64,000 bases of DNA from Carpediemonas membranifera BICM (GCA_019828565.1 JAHDYR010000004.1:186001-250000), one strand, 5' to 3'; counted from the stretch's first letter, positions 30,168 through 41,539 are shown. A program made the numbers and translations. Notes: generated from the sequence alone by a model not told the origin.

Positions 30168-31841
30168 ATGAGCGGTATTTCTGCACAGGAGATCGCCAAC
30201 TGGCGTTTTGTGAACGTTTCCTCATATAACAAGAACGTTCCCTGCGACCCAATTGACGGCAACGAGTTTCCGGCGACGTACTCCGAATTCCGTCCGTTTG
30301 ACAACGCTGATCCTGTTGCAGCGCTGAAGAACATCAAAGAGCTAGGATTCAATGGTATACGTCTGATGCTGTTCTGGGAATGCATCGAGCCTCAGCAGAA
30401 CACGTATTCCAAGCGCTACCTCGACCAGGTGGCTTCATTCATCGAACTCTGTGAGGCCCATGACGTTCTTGTACTCATAGACTTCCATCAGGACCTCTTC
30501 TCCCGCCGTCTGGCTGGTTCTGGGGCGCCAGACTGGGCTCTCCCGCCGATTCTCCGCAATGCCATTGATAAGAAGCTACTCGGCCCCAAGGGGGGTTACG
30601 ACCATGTCATGCCGTGTGACAAGACCTGGGGCGGCAAGTACGCCACGGACAAGTGCCAGGAGGTCGTCTGGGAGCACTGGTGGTCAACTTCCGAGCTCCG
30701 TCGTGCTTACATCAACATGACAAAATCGGTTGTGTCACACGATGGACTCATGAGGGAGAACGTCATCGGTGTCGACATATTCAACGAACCATCGTTCGCT
30801 GAGCTGTTCCACGCGCATATCCTTGCCAAACCGTGGCTCTTTAAGAAGGTGAGAACTCAACTCGCAGATTTCTACTCTGACGCTATTCAGTCTCTCAGCG
30901 GTGTGGTCCCGTCCCGCGTGCTCTTCTTTATTGAGCCATATGGCTATGACGTGTCCCAGATGGCCTGGATGACAGTGGGAATGGCTCAGCTTTCAGTGCC
31001 AGACACTCTTTTGCAGCGCACTGTGTACGCTGCTCATATCTACCAGCCGATCCCAAAGATATGGCGGGCAGCGAATCGTATCTTGCGGTCACACTATATC
31101 CAAGCCAACTCCCTCGGAGTCAAGGCAGTTTGGGTTGGGGAGTTTGGTGATCTCACTTTCAACTCGGGAACCCCAGCCGCATTCAAGGTCATCAAGCAGC
31201 AGACGACTTTACTAGAGGCCACAGGGACAGGCTGGGCGTACTACAACTACTCACCCTCTACTTTGGTATGGAATGAGGAGGATATGAGCGTTGTCACTCC
31301 AGCGTTTGAGCCCAAGCCCTGCCTTGCCGGGCTCTCTCGGGCACTTGACAGCAGGGCTGGGGTGACGATCGCTCAACTCGGGGCGACCAACCCTCTGTGC
31401 GAAGTATTCCGGGAGATTCCGGGCGTTAGAGTGGATCCGCTCATGAAGAGCTCTGACACGCTCCTTGTCATCCCGGGCGACGCTGGAGAGGCTCTGGAGA
31501 CGGCGATGATGGCCATACACACCCAGGGCCCAGCCGAGGAGCTGCATGCGCTGGGGAAGGCAGCGAGGCACCCAGCCTTCCCTTTGAGGCACTGCATCAT
31601 CGTCCCCACAAGCTTCGTGGATCTCGACATGACAGCGCAGGCGCTGTTCCGTCGTTCGTTCGCGGGTATTCTTCACTGCCACGGCTGCTCCGTTGTCTCA
31701 TTCCGCAAGCTGGCGGATGCTCATTCATTCGGCTTCAAGTGGGGGGCCAAGAGTGCAAATTTCCGGCCGTTCCCGTATGTAGACCTCAGCTGGGTCGGGA
31801 ATGAAGGACAGGAGACAGAGGCTAAGAGCAAAACTGATTGA
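30168..31841 (+). CDS. Glycoside hydrolase family 5, endoglycoceramidase/glucosylceramidase-like
   Basis: GFNGIRL..FWECIEP, IDFHQDLFSR..GSGAPDWA, DIFNEP (acid/base), VYAAHIY, WVGEFG (nucleophile). Confidence 0.85.
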   Translation: MSGISAQEIANWRFVNVSSYNKNVPCDPIDGNEFPATYSEFRPFDNADPVAALKNIKELGFNGIRLMLFWECIEPQQNTYSKRYLDQVASFIELCEAHDVLVLIDFHQDLFSRRLAGSGAPDWALPPILRNAIDKKLLGPKGGYDHVMPCDKTWGGKYATDKCQEVVWEHWWSTSELRRAYINMTKSVVSHDGLMRENVIGVDIFNEPSFAELFHAHILAKPWLFKKVRTQLADFYSDAIQSLSGVVPSRVLFFIEPYGYDVSQMAWMTVGMAQLSVPDTLLQRTVYAAHIYQPIPKIWRAANRILRSHYIQANSLGVKAVWVGEFGDLTFNSGTPAAFKVIKQQTTLLEATGTGWAYYNYSPSTLVWNEEDMSVVTPAFEPKPCLAGLSRALDSRAGVTIAQLGATNPLCEVFREIPGVRVDPLMKSSDTLLVIPGDAGEALETAMMAIHTQGPAEELHALGKAARHPAFPLRHCIIVPTSFVDLDMTAQALFRRSFAGILHCHGCSVVSFRKLADAHSFGFKWGAKSANFRPFPYVDLSWVGNEGQETEAKSKTD

Positions 31842-31910
31842 CGTTAAAGTGCGAAATGATTGGTGACAAAGCGCTTAGTCAGCCTCACCTGGTGCCGCAC
31901 AAACGAACTA

Positions 31911-32993
31911 ATGAACGGAATTAGCGGTATCAACCATCTACAAAGCCAATTGAACCAATATGCGTTCAATCCTTCTTCTTCCTCATGCACCAGCGGCCTC
32001 TCGCTGCTGTACACGCTCCTCCTGCTCTTCACGTCTGTTGAGGAGACATCTCCTGTGTATTCCAACCTCTGCAACGTTCTCGATCTCAACGATGTTTCTC
32101 TAGAAGCTTTCAAGGCACTCCTCTCCAATCTTGACGACGCCGGCGTGCACACTGCTGCTAGCTCATTCGTGCGAGACTTCTCGGGTCTCAATCCAGTGAT
32201 TGAATCGATCCAACGAACGTACCTCAACTCCAAGTGCCAGCCGCTGACGACAGCCGAGGCCATCAACCAATGGGCATCGGAGCATACCAACGGGACCATT
32301 CGGGAGATTATTCCCGAGCTCACCGGGGACATCGAGGCGGTGCTCATAAGCGCCCTGTACTTCAAAGCCAAGTGGCTGCACGAGTTTGACCCTGCCGGCA
32401 CCCGACCCCAGACTTTTACCACTTTGTCTGGCGAAGAGAAGGAAGTCAGCACCATGCACATGCGGAAGACGCATAGGAGGGTGTGGGACAGCGCCGTGTC
32501 GAGCGGGTTCGTCAATGAATACATTGGGTCGGCGAATGGGGTCGAGGCGCTCTTCAGCCTGCCCACAGAGCCTGGCGAGCCCGGGCTAAGGGCAGCCCTT
32601 GCAGAGCTCACCACTCAGACGCCGGAGAAAGACGCCAAGATCACTGGCATCAACATCAGCCTGCCCAGGTTCAAGATCGAGACAACCACCCTCGCCGACC
32701 CGTTCCTCAAGCAGCTGGGGCTTACCGAGCTGTACAACTCATTCCAGTACGCGGCTGTGGCGTCAAACCCGTACGTCTCGGTCAGCTCCACTGTTCAGAA
32801 GACTTTCCTCGCAGTCGACGAGGAGGGAACAGAGGCATCCGCTGTGACTGCCATGTTCATCGCGTCCGGCATATTCATGGACCCTAAGGTGGATAGGGAC
32901 CTCGAGTTCGACAGGCCGTTCGTGTTTGCCCTGGTGGATAAGGCTAGCGGGTCCAGGCTGCTGACCGCTGTAGTCATCGATCCGAGCTCATAA
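31911..32993 (+). CDS. Serpin (inhibitory-type hinge)
   Basis: INQWASEHTNGTI, SALYFKAKW, LPRFKIE, VDEEGTEASAVT hinge, FDRPFVFAL. Confidence 0.92.
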   Translation: MNGISGINHLQSQLNQYAFNPSSSSCTSGLSLLYTLLLLFTSVEETSPVYSNLCNVLDLNDVSLEAFKALLSNLDDAGVHTAASSFVRDFSGLNPVIESIQRTYLNSKCQPLTTAEAINQWASEHTNGTIREIIPELTGDIEAVLISALYFKAKWLHEFDPAGTRPQTFTTLSGEEKEVSTMHMRKTHRRVWDSAVSSGFVNEYIGSANGVEALFSLPTEPGEPGLRAALAELTTQTPEKDAKITGINISLPRFKIETTTLADPFLKQLGLTELYNSFQYAAVASNPYVSVSSTVQKTFLAVDEEGTEASAVTAMFIASGIFMDPKVDRDLEFDRPFVFALVDKASGSRLLTAVVIDPSS

Positions 32994-33201
32994 AGTGGAC
33001 TAGTGAATGGAGCATGGGGATGCTGTGCAACAGAGTGTGCCTTTGACCCGACAGGGCGTGCAATTGCAAGCTGAGCCCAAGTATATATGCCTGCCGTCAT
33101 GCGGAGTGGGGCTGGGTCAGGCAACTCCCCCGTGTCATCTTGGGATGCGTCGCTAGCTTATGGGCAACGAGCAGGGGAGGCGATGCGTCTCGCGGGCCTC
33201 C

Positions 33202-33964
33202 GCTCTCGAAGGCCGACCTGCCCTGGGACGCGCGGCTGAAGTTCGCGCGCGACATCGCGGCGGCCATGGCGTTCATCGTGGGCGAGGGCTACGAGCACAG
33301 GGACCTCAAGTCGCTCAACGTCCTCATCACTGGCTCCACAGCAAACCTTAGCGACTTCGGGCTGACCGCGCGGCTCGACGATCATGTGAATTTCGTCGAG
33401 GGCTCGTGGCCGTGGATGGCGCCCGAGCGCTTCGACGGCGTGGGCGGCGAGAAGGCCGACGTCTTCGCCTTCGGCATCACGCTCTGGGAGATCGCCGCGC
33501 GCGACATCCCGTACCGCCAGGAGCGCCTCGGGCTCGACGCCATCCGCGCGCACGTGCGGGCTGGCTACCGGCCGATGACCCCCGCGGGCACGCCGGCGGC
33601 CGTGGGCGAGCTGATCCGCCGCTGCGTGGCGCCCGACCCGCGCGACCGCCCCACCTTCGCGGAGGTCGTCGCCGCGCTGCCCGACAGCGCCTCGACCGAG
33701 ATGTACACGGAGAGCGCCGTGCGCAACCACGAGGTCGGCACCTTCGCGAACGCCAGCGCCCCCGGCATGATGACGCTCGGCGAGGGCCAGCCCGCGATCA
33801 TCGGAACCGTCGGGCAGACGTTTGGTAACGCCAGCGCGCCCTGGATGACACTGTCCGAAGACGAGAGAGCAGCCGCGCTCGCCGCGATGGGCACGGTCAC
33901 CGCGACATACCGCACGAACGCGCCCAGCGCCCCGGGTCTGCGCACGCTGAACGGGGCATATTGA
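33202..33964 (+). pseudogene. 5'-truncated kinase fragment of the WD40-ANK-kinase family
   Basis: Near-identical to 40544-41306; begins mid-kinase and lacks the Gly loop and AVK lysine. Confidence 0.85.
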
Positions 33965-34197
33965 TAATGAGACCTCGACTTGGCCTTGGACGCTAGAGAC
34001 TGGCGTACCCAGTAAAATGGCCATTCTTGGCTTTCTATGCTTCTTCCATGATGGCAGTTTCGTCCAAATATGTTGACCATTTTTGACCTTCTCAAAAATG
34101 GGCTGAGTGAAGAATAAGAAAGTTTCGAACAATTCATGTTGCCGACCGTGCAGCTCCCGCGTATCCACCCAGCGCCGGCCATGCGAGCCGGCTTACT
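33202..34197 (+). repeat. 996-bp direct repeat, copy A (copy B 40544-41539)
   Basis: Homology runs from gctctcgaagg to gcttact at a constant offset of 7342. Confidence 0.9.
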
Positions 34198-35141
34198 TAT
34201 GGAGCAGGGACGGGCTGCAGCAGGTGCGGTCACACTACCAGCTGCCGCCCGTCGCACCGAGAAAGAAGGAGGGCATGCGATACGACTATCCCTCGGACAT
34301 GACGGTCGACTCGTTCGCATCATCTGATGAGGCGGCTGGAATTCGGATGCGGGCGTCTGCTGCGACGCTTCGGGAGGGTGGTTTGAGTCCGCGGGGCAGG
34401 GCTGGCGCGGTGCTAGCGATCGGACGGCACCCGGCCGAGATCCGCGACCGTCGTGGGAAGGAGAAGCTGACACCCGTGTTTGCCCCGGTCGACAACGACG
34501 CGACCACTGTGGTGCTCGAGCACAACGTGGAGCAGACCATACCCTCGCTCGGCCCAGCCCCATCGGTGCCGATGACGCCGAACCGGCCGGCCATCATGAC
34601 GTCTGCAGCCTTCCAGACGGTGCTGAACGCCGCTCCCAGGGTGTTTACGGCGGCACCGGCTAACCTGCTCTATTCAGACCAGACGCACGGGCGGTCACTC
34701 GCCACGCTTTACCGCAACCGTGAGGGGTTCGACGCCACTGTCCTGTGCATTGAGACCGAGCTCGGCGGGGTCATCGGCGCCTTCGTCACGAGCGAGTGGA
34801 GACCGCACCAGCACCGCACGTACTACGGGACCGGCGAGAGCTTCGTGTTCAGGGCCAAGGGAAAGCAGTGCACGCTCTTCCCATGGTCGGGCGCCAACAA
34901 CTCGTTCCAACTCTGCTGTAACGACATCCTCGCAGTCGGCGGGGGCAGGCCAGGATTAGGAGCGGCAATTTATTTAACGTCTGATTTGGTGAAGGGGGAG
35001 TCAAATCAATGCCCCACATTCGGCTCGCCATGCCTCAGCCACACCGTGATCGACACTGACAGAACCCATGGCGAGTTCGCAGTGGCGTCCATTGAAGTGT
35101 GGGGCTTTAGACGCAAGACCGGTCGGCTGCTGGCCGTGTGA
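34107..35141 (+). CDS. TLDc-domain protein (Oxr1/NCOA7-like); start uncertain
   Basis: LLYSDQTHGRSLATLY, GGVIGAF, YYGTGESFVF, WSGANNSFQ, AVGGG, CPTFGSPCL, IEVWGF. Confidence 0.88.
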   Translation: MKNKKVSNNSCCRPCSSRVSTQRRPCEPAYLWSRDGLQQVRSHYQLPPVAPRKKEGMRYDYPSDMTVDSFASSDEAAGIRMRASAATLREGGLSPRGRAGAVLAIGRHPAEIRDRRGKEKLTPVFAPVDNDATTVVLEHNVEQTIPSLGPAPSVPMTPNRPAIMTSAAFQTVLNAAPRVFTAAPANLLYSDQTHGRSLATLYRNREGFDATVLCIETELGGVIGAFVTSEWRPHQHRTYYGTGESFVFRAKGKQCTLFPWSGANNSFQLCCNDILAVGGGRPGLGAAIYLTSDLVKGESNQCPTFGSPCLSHTVIDTDRTHGEFAVASIEVWGFRRKTGRLLAV

Positions 35142-35658
35142 GATTTTGTTGAAGCGGTGGATTTGTTTTTAGGGGTATGTATTCATATATTTGTCATAAA
35201 TAGATTTAATGCCGGCCATCCAACCTCATGAGACACGCTAGTCTCCATCGCTTCACCATGCCATCGCTTCACAAACAGCTGCGAGCGCCGCGAGGCCCAT
35301 GAAGCCGGGCCGGCCAGCACTGGAACCTGCCACGGCCAGCCTGCCAACCTGCATTTGACAGCGCAGACGATCTGTGGACATAAAACACACACATCTGTGG
35401 CGCTGGATGTCGATCTCCCGAAACCGCTTCGACTTCCAAGAAGTCACCACAGAATGTCCGAAACAGCGCGATCAGTGCAGAGACGGTGCACAAAGTACGC
35501 TTTTGACGGCAAATTTACACAGCTGGTACGTTCCCCGCCACTTTGGCGCAGAGATGCAGCCCGCGGCGAGTTCAAGAGCACTAACACAGTGGATCTCAAC
35601 AATGGTGCGTCCTCCCCGAGAATCTCACGCAGCAGCGAGTGCAGAGCAGTAGATGACA

Positions 35659-38600
35659 TGATCAGAGACGCCACTACGCGCGTCTTCGCCCCAGAGGACA
35701 AGCTCCACCTCAATCCCATCGGATCCTCGCCCCTCACCGCTACAGACCTCAGCCGCGTCCTCAACCACCTCTCGACGCGGCCCAGAGAGTTCAGCATGAG
35801 GCTGACTGAGCCCGACCTCACTGTCACGATGAGGCATGGCAAGCTGGCCGCCAACAAGCCCGACAGCGCCATCGACGATCTGCTCGCTGCCTGGCATGCG
35901 AGGATGGCTGAGTGCATCCAGACGATGAAGGGTCACACCAGTGGCGTGATCAGCGTCGCCTTCCTCCCTGACGGCACCATGCTCACTGGGTCATGGGATG
36001 GGACGACCAAGCTGTGGGACAAGCGCGGCGCCTGCAAAATGTCGATGAAGCATGGTGGAAATGTTTTGTGCATCGCCGTCTCCCCGAACGGGTCGACTAT
36101 CGCCTCGGGCGGGAGTGACCGCAAGATCAAGCTGTGGGACCAGACCGGCAGACTCGGCAAGACGCTCGAGGGGCACACCAATAATGTGAGAAGCCTCGCC
36201 TTCTCCCGAGACGGCAAGACGCTGGTGTCCGGATCCGATGACAAGACAGTCAGGACGTGGGACGTCGCCACCGGCGTGTGCAGGACGATGGAAGGGCACT
36301 CCCATTTGGTGCTCTCCGTCGCCATCTCCCCCGACGGCAAGACCATCGTCTCTGGATCATGGGATTATACCATCAAGGTGTGGATCGCTGAGTCGGGCAG
36401 ACTCGAGCAGACTCTGGCGCGCTACAAGAATTCTGTCACCACCGTCGCCATCTCCCCGGACGGCGCCCTGCTGGCCTCTGGGTCTTGCAACCACACCATC
36501 AGACTCTGGGACACCAGGACCTGGGAGTGCGTCACCGTCCTCAGGGGGCACGCGAGTTCTGTCCGCAGCGTCGCCTTCTCGCCCGACGGCAGGACCCTTG
36601 CCTCTGGGTCTTGGGACAACACCACCAAGCTCTGGAGCATCGACAGCGGCGAGTGCTTCAAAACGCTCAGAGGTCACACAGATTGGGCGAACAGTGTCGT
36701 CTTCTCGCCAGACGGGTCGACCCTGCTCTCTGGGTCAAAGGACAAGACCGCCAAGCAGTGGTCCCTCAGTCGCTCTCCCGAGCTCACCGCCCTCGACCAG
36801 ACCCTCGTCCAGCCTGTCCCGGCCGCGGCCATCGTCCGCCTCGAGGGCACCGTCGCCGACCTCACCCGCGTCCTCAACCACCTCTCGACGCGGCCCAGAG
36901 AGTTCAGCATGAGGCTGACTGAGCCCGACCTCACTGTCACGATGAGGCATGGCAAGCTGGCCGCCAACAAGCCCGACAGCGCCATCGACGATCTGCTCGC
37001 TGCCTGGCATGCGAGGATGGCTGAGTGCATCCAGACGATGAAGGGTCACACCAGTGGCGTGATCAGCGTCGCCTTCCTCCCTGACGGCACCATGCTCACT
37101 GGGTCATGGGATGGGACGACCAAGCTGTGGGACAAGCGCGGCGCCTGCAAAATGTCGATGAAGCATGGTGGAAATGTTTTGTGCATCGCCGTCTCCCCGA
37201 ACGGGTCGACTATCGCCTCGGGCGGGAGTGACCGCAAGATCAAGCTGTGGGACCAGACCGGCAGACTCGGCAAGACGCTCGAGGGGCACACCAATAATGT
37301 GAGAAGCCTCGCCTTCTCCCGAGACGGCAAGACGCTGGTGTCCGGATCCGATGACAAGACAGTCAGGACGTGGGACGTCGCCACCGGCGTGTGCAGGACG
37401 ATGGAAGGGCACTCCCATTTGGTGCTCTCCGTCGCCATCTCCCCCGACGGCAAGACCATCGTCTCTGGATCATGGGATTATACCATCAAGGTGTGGATCG
37501 CTGAGTCGGGCAGACTCGAGCAGACTCTGGCGCGCTACAAGAATTCTGTCACCACCGTCGCCATCTCCCCGGACGGCGCCCTGCTGGCCTCTGGGTCTTG
37601 CAACCACACCATCAGACTCTGGGACACCAGGACCTGGGAGTGCGTCACCGTCCTCAGGGGGCACGCGAGTTCTGTCCGCAGCGTCGCCTTCTCGCCCGAC
37701 GGCAGGACCCTTGCCTCTGGGTCTTGGGACAACACCACCAAGCTCTGGAGCATCGACAGCGGCGAGTGCTTCAAAACGCTCAGAGGTCACACAGATTGGG
37801 CGAACAGTGTCGTCTTCTCGCCAGACGGGTCGACCCTGCTCTCTGGGTCAAAGGACAAGACCGCCAAGCAGTGGTCCCTCAGTCGCTCTCCCGAGCTCAC
37901 CGCCCTCGACCAGACCCTCGTCCAGCCTGTCCCGGCCGCGGCCATCGTCCGCCTCGAGGGCACCGTCGCCGACCTCACCCGCGTCCTCGACCACCTCTCG
38001 ACGCGGCCCAGAGAGTTCAGCATGAGGCTGACTGAGCCCGACCTCACTGTCACGATGAGGTATGGCAAGCTGGCCGCCAACAAGCCCGACAGCGCCATCG
38101 ACGATCTGCTCGCTGCCTGGCATGCGAGGATGGCTGAGTGCATCCAGACGATGAAGGGTCACACCAGTGGCGTGATCAGCGTCGCCTTCCTCCCTGACGG
38201 CGCCATGGTCACTGGGTCATGGGATGGGACGACCAAGCTGTGGGGCAAGCGCGGCGTGTGCAAGATAACGATGAAGCATGGCGGGAAGGTTCGGTGCATC
38301 GCCGTCTCCCCGAACGGGTCGACCATCGCCTCGGGCGGGAGTGACCGCAAGATCAAGCTGTGGAGGCGCGGCAGACTCGTCAAGACGCTCAAGGGTCACA
38401 CCAGGGATGTGAGAAGCGTCGCTTTCTCCTCAGACGGCAAGACGCTGGTGTCCGGATCCGATGACAAGACAGTCAGGTCGTGGGACGTCGCCACCGGCGA
38501 GTGCAGGACGATGGAAGGGCACTCCCATTGTGTCAAGTCCGTCGCCGTCTCCCCCGACGGAAAGGCCATCGTCTCTGGGTCTGATGATGAGACGATCAAG

Positions 38601-41306
38601 GTGTGGATCGCTGAGTCGGGCAGACTCGAGCAGACTCTGGAGGGCCACACTGATTCTGTCAACGCCGTCGCCATCTCCCCGGACGGCGCTCTGCTGGCCT
38701 CTGGGTCTTGCGACAACACCATCAGACTCTGGGACACCAGGACCTGGGAGTGCGTCACCGTCCTCAGGGGGCACGCGAGACCTGTCTTCAGCGTCGCCTT
38801 CTCGCCCGACGGCAAGACCCTCGCCTCTGGGTCTTGGGACAACACCATCAAGTTCTGGAGCATCGACAGCGGCGAGTGCTTCGCGACGCTCAGGGGTCAT
38901 GACAATATTGTGCGCTGCGTCGCCTTCTCCCCAGACGGGTCGACCCTGCTCTCTGGATCTGACGACAAGACCGCCAAGCAGTGGCCCTCCACTAACTCAC
39001 CAGAGATCGAGGAGGTCTGCGCCCAACCCACACTCGGCGCCGACATCCGCCTGCCGTCCGACGACTCGCCCCTCAACATCCGCGACCTGGCGTGGGTCGT
39101 CATCCACATCCTCGCCACGGGGCTGCCCCGCTCCTTCGAGATGAGGCTGGCCCACCCCGAATGCACCGTCTCTCTTGGTCCTACCGGTTTCACGACGAGC
39201 CAAGCCGCCGATGTTGAAGCCCTTCTCGAGCTACTCAACCGCCACCTCGTGATGCAGAAACTGTTGGCTGAAACACGTGCTCTCAACGCTGTTGACGAAG
39301 CGCTTTACGTGGCCGCGGATCTGAGCGACGCCAAGCGCCTGCTGGCCGCCGCCGGCCCGCACGCGACGCAGCACGAGGCGCGAGTGCTCGCGCTGAGGAC
39401 CGGCCTCGCCCGCCTCCAGCCCGTGCAGGCGCTCGCCAAGGACCCGATGCCCGCGCTCAAGGGCCGCGTCAAGGAGGCGCTGGAGAGGAGCGACGAGCTC
39501 CACGCGCACATCATCAGCGGCGACGTCGCCAAGATGCGCTCGAAGAAGCTGCTCAGAGACAAGCTGTTCGGCCCCGTCGTCCTCAACTGCCTCGACCGCG
39601 AGCGCCGGTCGCCGCTGCACAGCGCGTTCGTGCACGACCAGCCGCAGGCCTTCGCGGCGCTGCTCAAGGCCGGCTGCCTGCTCGACGACGCCTTCCCGGA
39701 CGGCCACCCGCTGCTGGCCGCCGTCGCCAAGCCGCCGATGCTGGCCGCGATGCTGGCCGCGAGGGTTGACATCGACACCGTCAGCCGGAACACGACTGCG
39801 CTCGTGGTCGCCATCCAGGGCGGCCACTGGGACTCCGCGACGAAGCTGCTCGCCTGCGGCGCCGACCCCCTCCTCCCGCCGGTCGGCGTCAACGCGCTGC
39901 AGGCCGTCAAGGGCGTGGCCGACCCGCTCATGGCCGGCGTGATCCGGGCCGCCATCAACGACGCCCTGACGAAGCAGCTCAGCGACGCCATCACGCAGGG
40001 CGACACCGCTGCCGTGAAGCGGCTGCTCGCGGCGGGCGTGTCCGCGAACGGCGTGGACGGCAAGATGCCGCCGCTCTTCGCTGCCGTCAAGGCGGGCAAC
40101 TTCGACATCGTCAGCCTGCTGCTGAAGCACGGCGCCGACCGGGCCGCGACGTACAAGGGCAAGACAGCTGCCCAACACGTGAAGAAGGGCAGCAACCTGC
40201 AGTTCTTGCTGCAGAGCCAAGCAGAACCCGCTCGTGTGAACTATGACCTCAACGCGGACATCACGAAGCCGGCGGGCAGCATCGCGTTCAGCCAGGCCGA
40301 CCGCATCGGCGAGGGCGGCATGGCGGCCGTCTTCCGCGGCACGTACGGCGGCAGCGAGTGCGCCGTCAAGGTCGTCGCGCGGGCTGACCTGAACGCGATG
40401 CAGGCCGACCGACTCCAGAGCGAGATCTTCATCCACAAGCAGCTGCGCCACAACAACGTCATCGCGCTCTACGCGCTCGAGCAGGACGACCGGGAGATCC
40501 GGCTCGCGCTCGAGCTCGCGTCGGGGTCGCTCTCGGCGCTGCTGCTCTCGAAGGCCGACCTGCCCTGGGACGCGCGGCTGAAGTTCGCGCGCGACATCGC
40601 GGCGGCCATGGCGTTCATCGTGGGCGAGGGCTACGAGCACAGGGACCTCAAGTCGCTCAACGTCCTCATCACTGGCTCCACAGCAAACCTTAGCGACTTC
40701 GGGCTGACCGCGGGGCTCGACGATCATGTGAATTTCGTCGAGGGCTCGTGGCCGTGGATGGCGCCCGAGCGCTTCGACGGCGTGGGCGGCGAGAAGGCCG
40801 ACGTCTACGCCTTCGGCATCACGCTCTGGGAGATCGCCGCGCGCGACATCCCGTACCGCCAGGAGCGCCTCGGGCTCGACGCCATCCGCGCGCACGTGCG
40901 GGCTGGCTACCGGCCGATGACCCCCGCGGGCACGCCGGCGGCCGTGGGCGAGCTGATCCGCCGCTGCGTGGCGCCCGACCCGCGCGACCGCCCCACCTTC
41001 GCGGAGGTCGTCGCCGCGCTGCCCAACAGCGCCGCGACCGAGATGTACACGGAGAGCGCCGTGCACAACCACGAGGTCGGCACCTTCGCGAACGCCAGCG
41101 CCCCCGGCATGATGACGCTCGGCGAGGGCCAGCCCGCGATCATCGGAACCGTCGGGCAGACGTTTGGTAACGCCAGCGCGCCCTGGATGACACTGTCCGA
41201 AGACGAGAGAGCAGCCGCGCTCGCCGCGATGGGCACGGTCACCGCGACATACCGCACGAACGCGCCCAGCGCCCCGGGCCTGCGCACGCTGAACGGGGCA
41301 TATTGA
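35659..41306 (+). CDS. WD40 (3 propeller modules)-ankyrin-TKL protein kinase, intact copy
   Basis: Open 1983-codon frame; likely start MIRDATTRVF; same architecture as 5548-10003 with one extra module. Confidence 0.9.
35754..37988 (+). repeat. Apparently perfect 1113-bp tandem duplication (linker + 7 WD40 blades); diverged third unit follows to ~38985
   Basis: Identical shadow ORFs at offset 1113 (35933/37046, 36238/37351); first visible mismatch at 37989. Confidence 0.9.
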
Positions 41307-41539
41307 TAATGAGACCTCGACTTGGCCTTGGACGCTAGAGACTGGCGTACCCAGTAAAATGGCCATTCTTGGCTTTCTATGCTTCTTCCATGATGGCAGT
41401 TTCGTCCAAACATGTTGACCATTTTTGACCTTCTCAAAAATGGGCTGAGTGAAGAATAAGAAAGTTTCGAACAATTCATGTTGCCGACCGTGCAGCTCCC
41501 GCGTATCCACCCAGCGCCGGCCATGCGAGCCGGCTTACT
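40544..41539 (+). repeat. 996-bp direct repeat, copy B
   Basis: Contains the kinase 3' half, the spacer and the first ~90 nt of the TLDc ORF. Confidence 0.9.

Noticed and set aside
33202-41539. LTR retroelement
   Set aside because: The 996-bp repeats consist of kinase and TLDc gene sequence; no TSD or retroelement ORFs.
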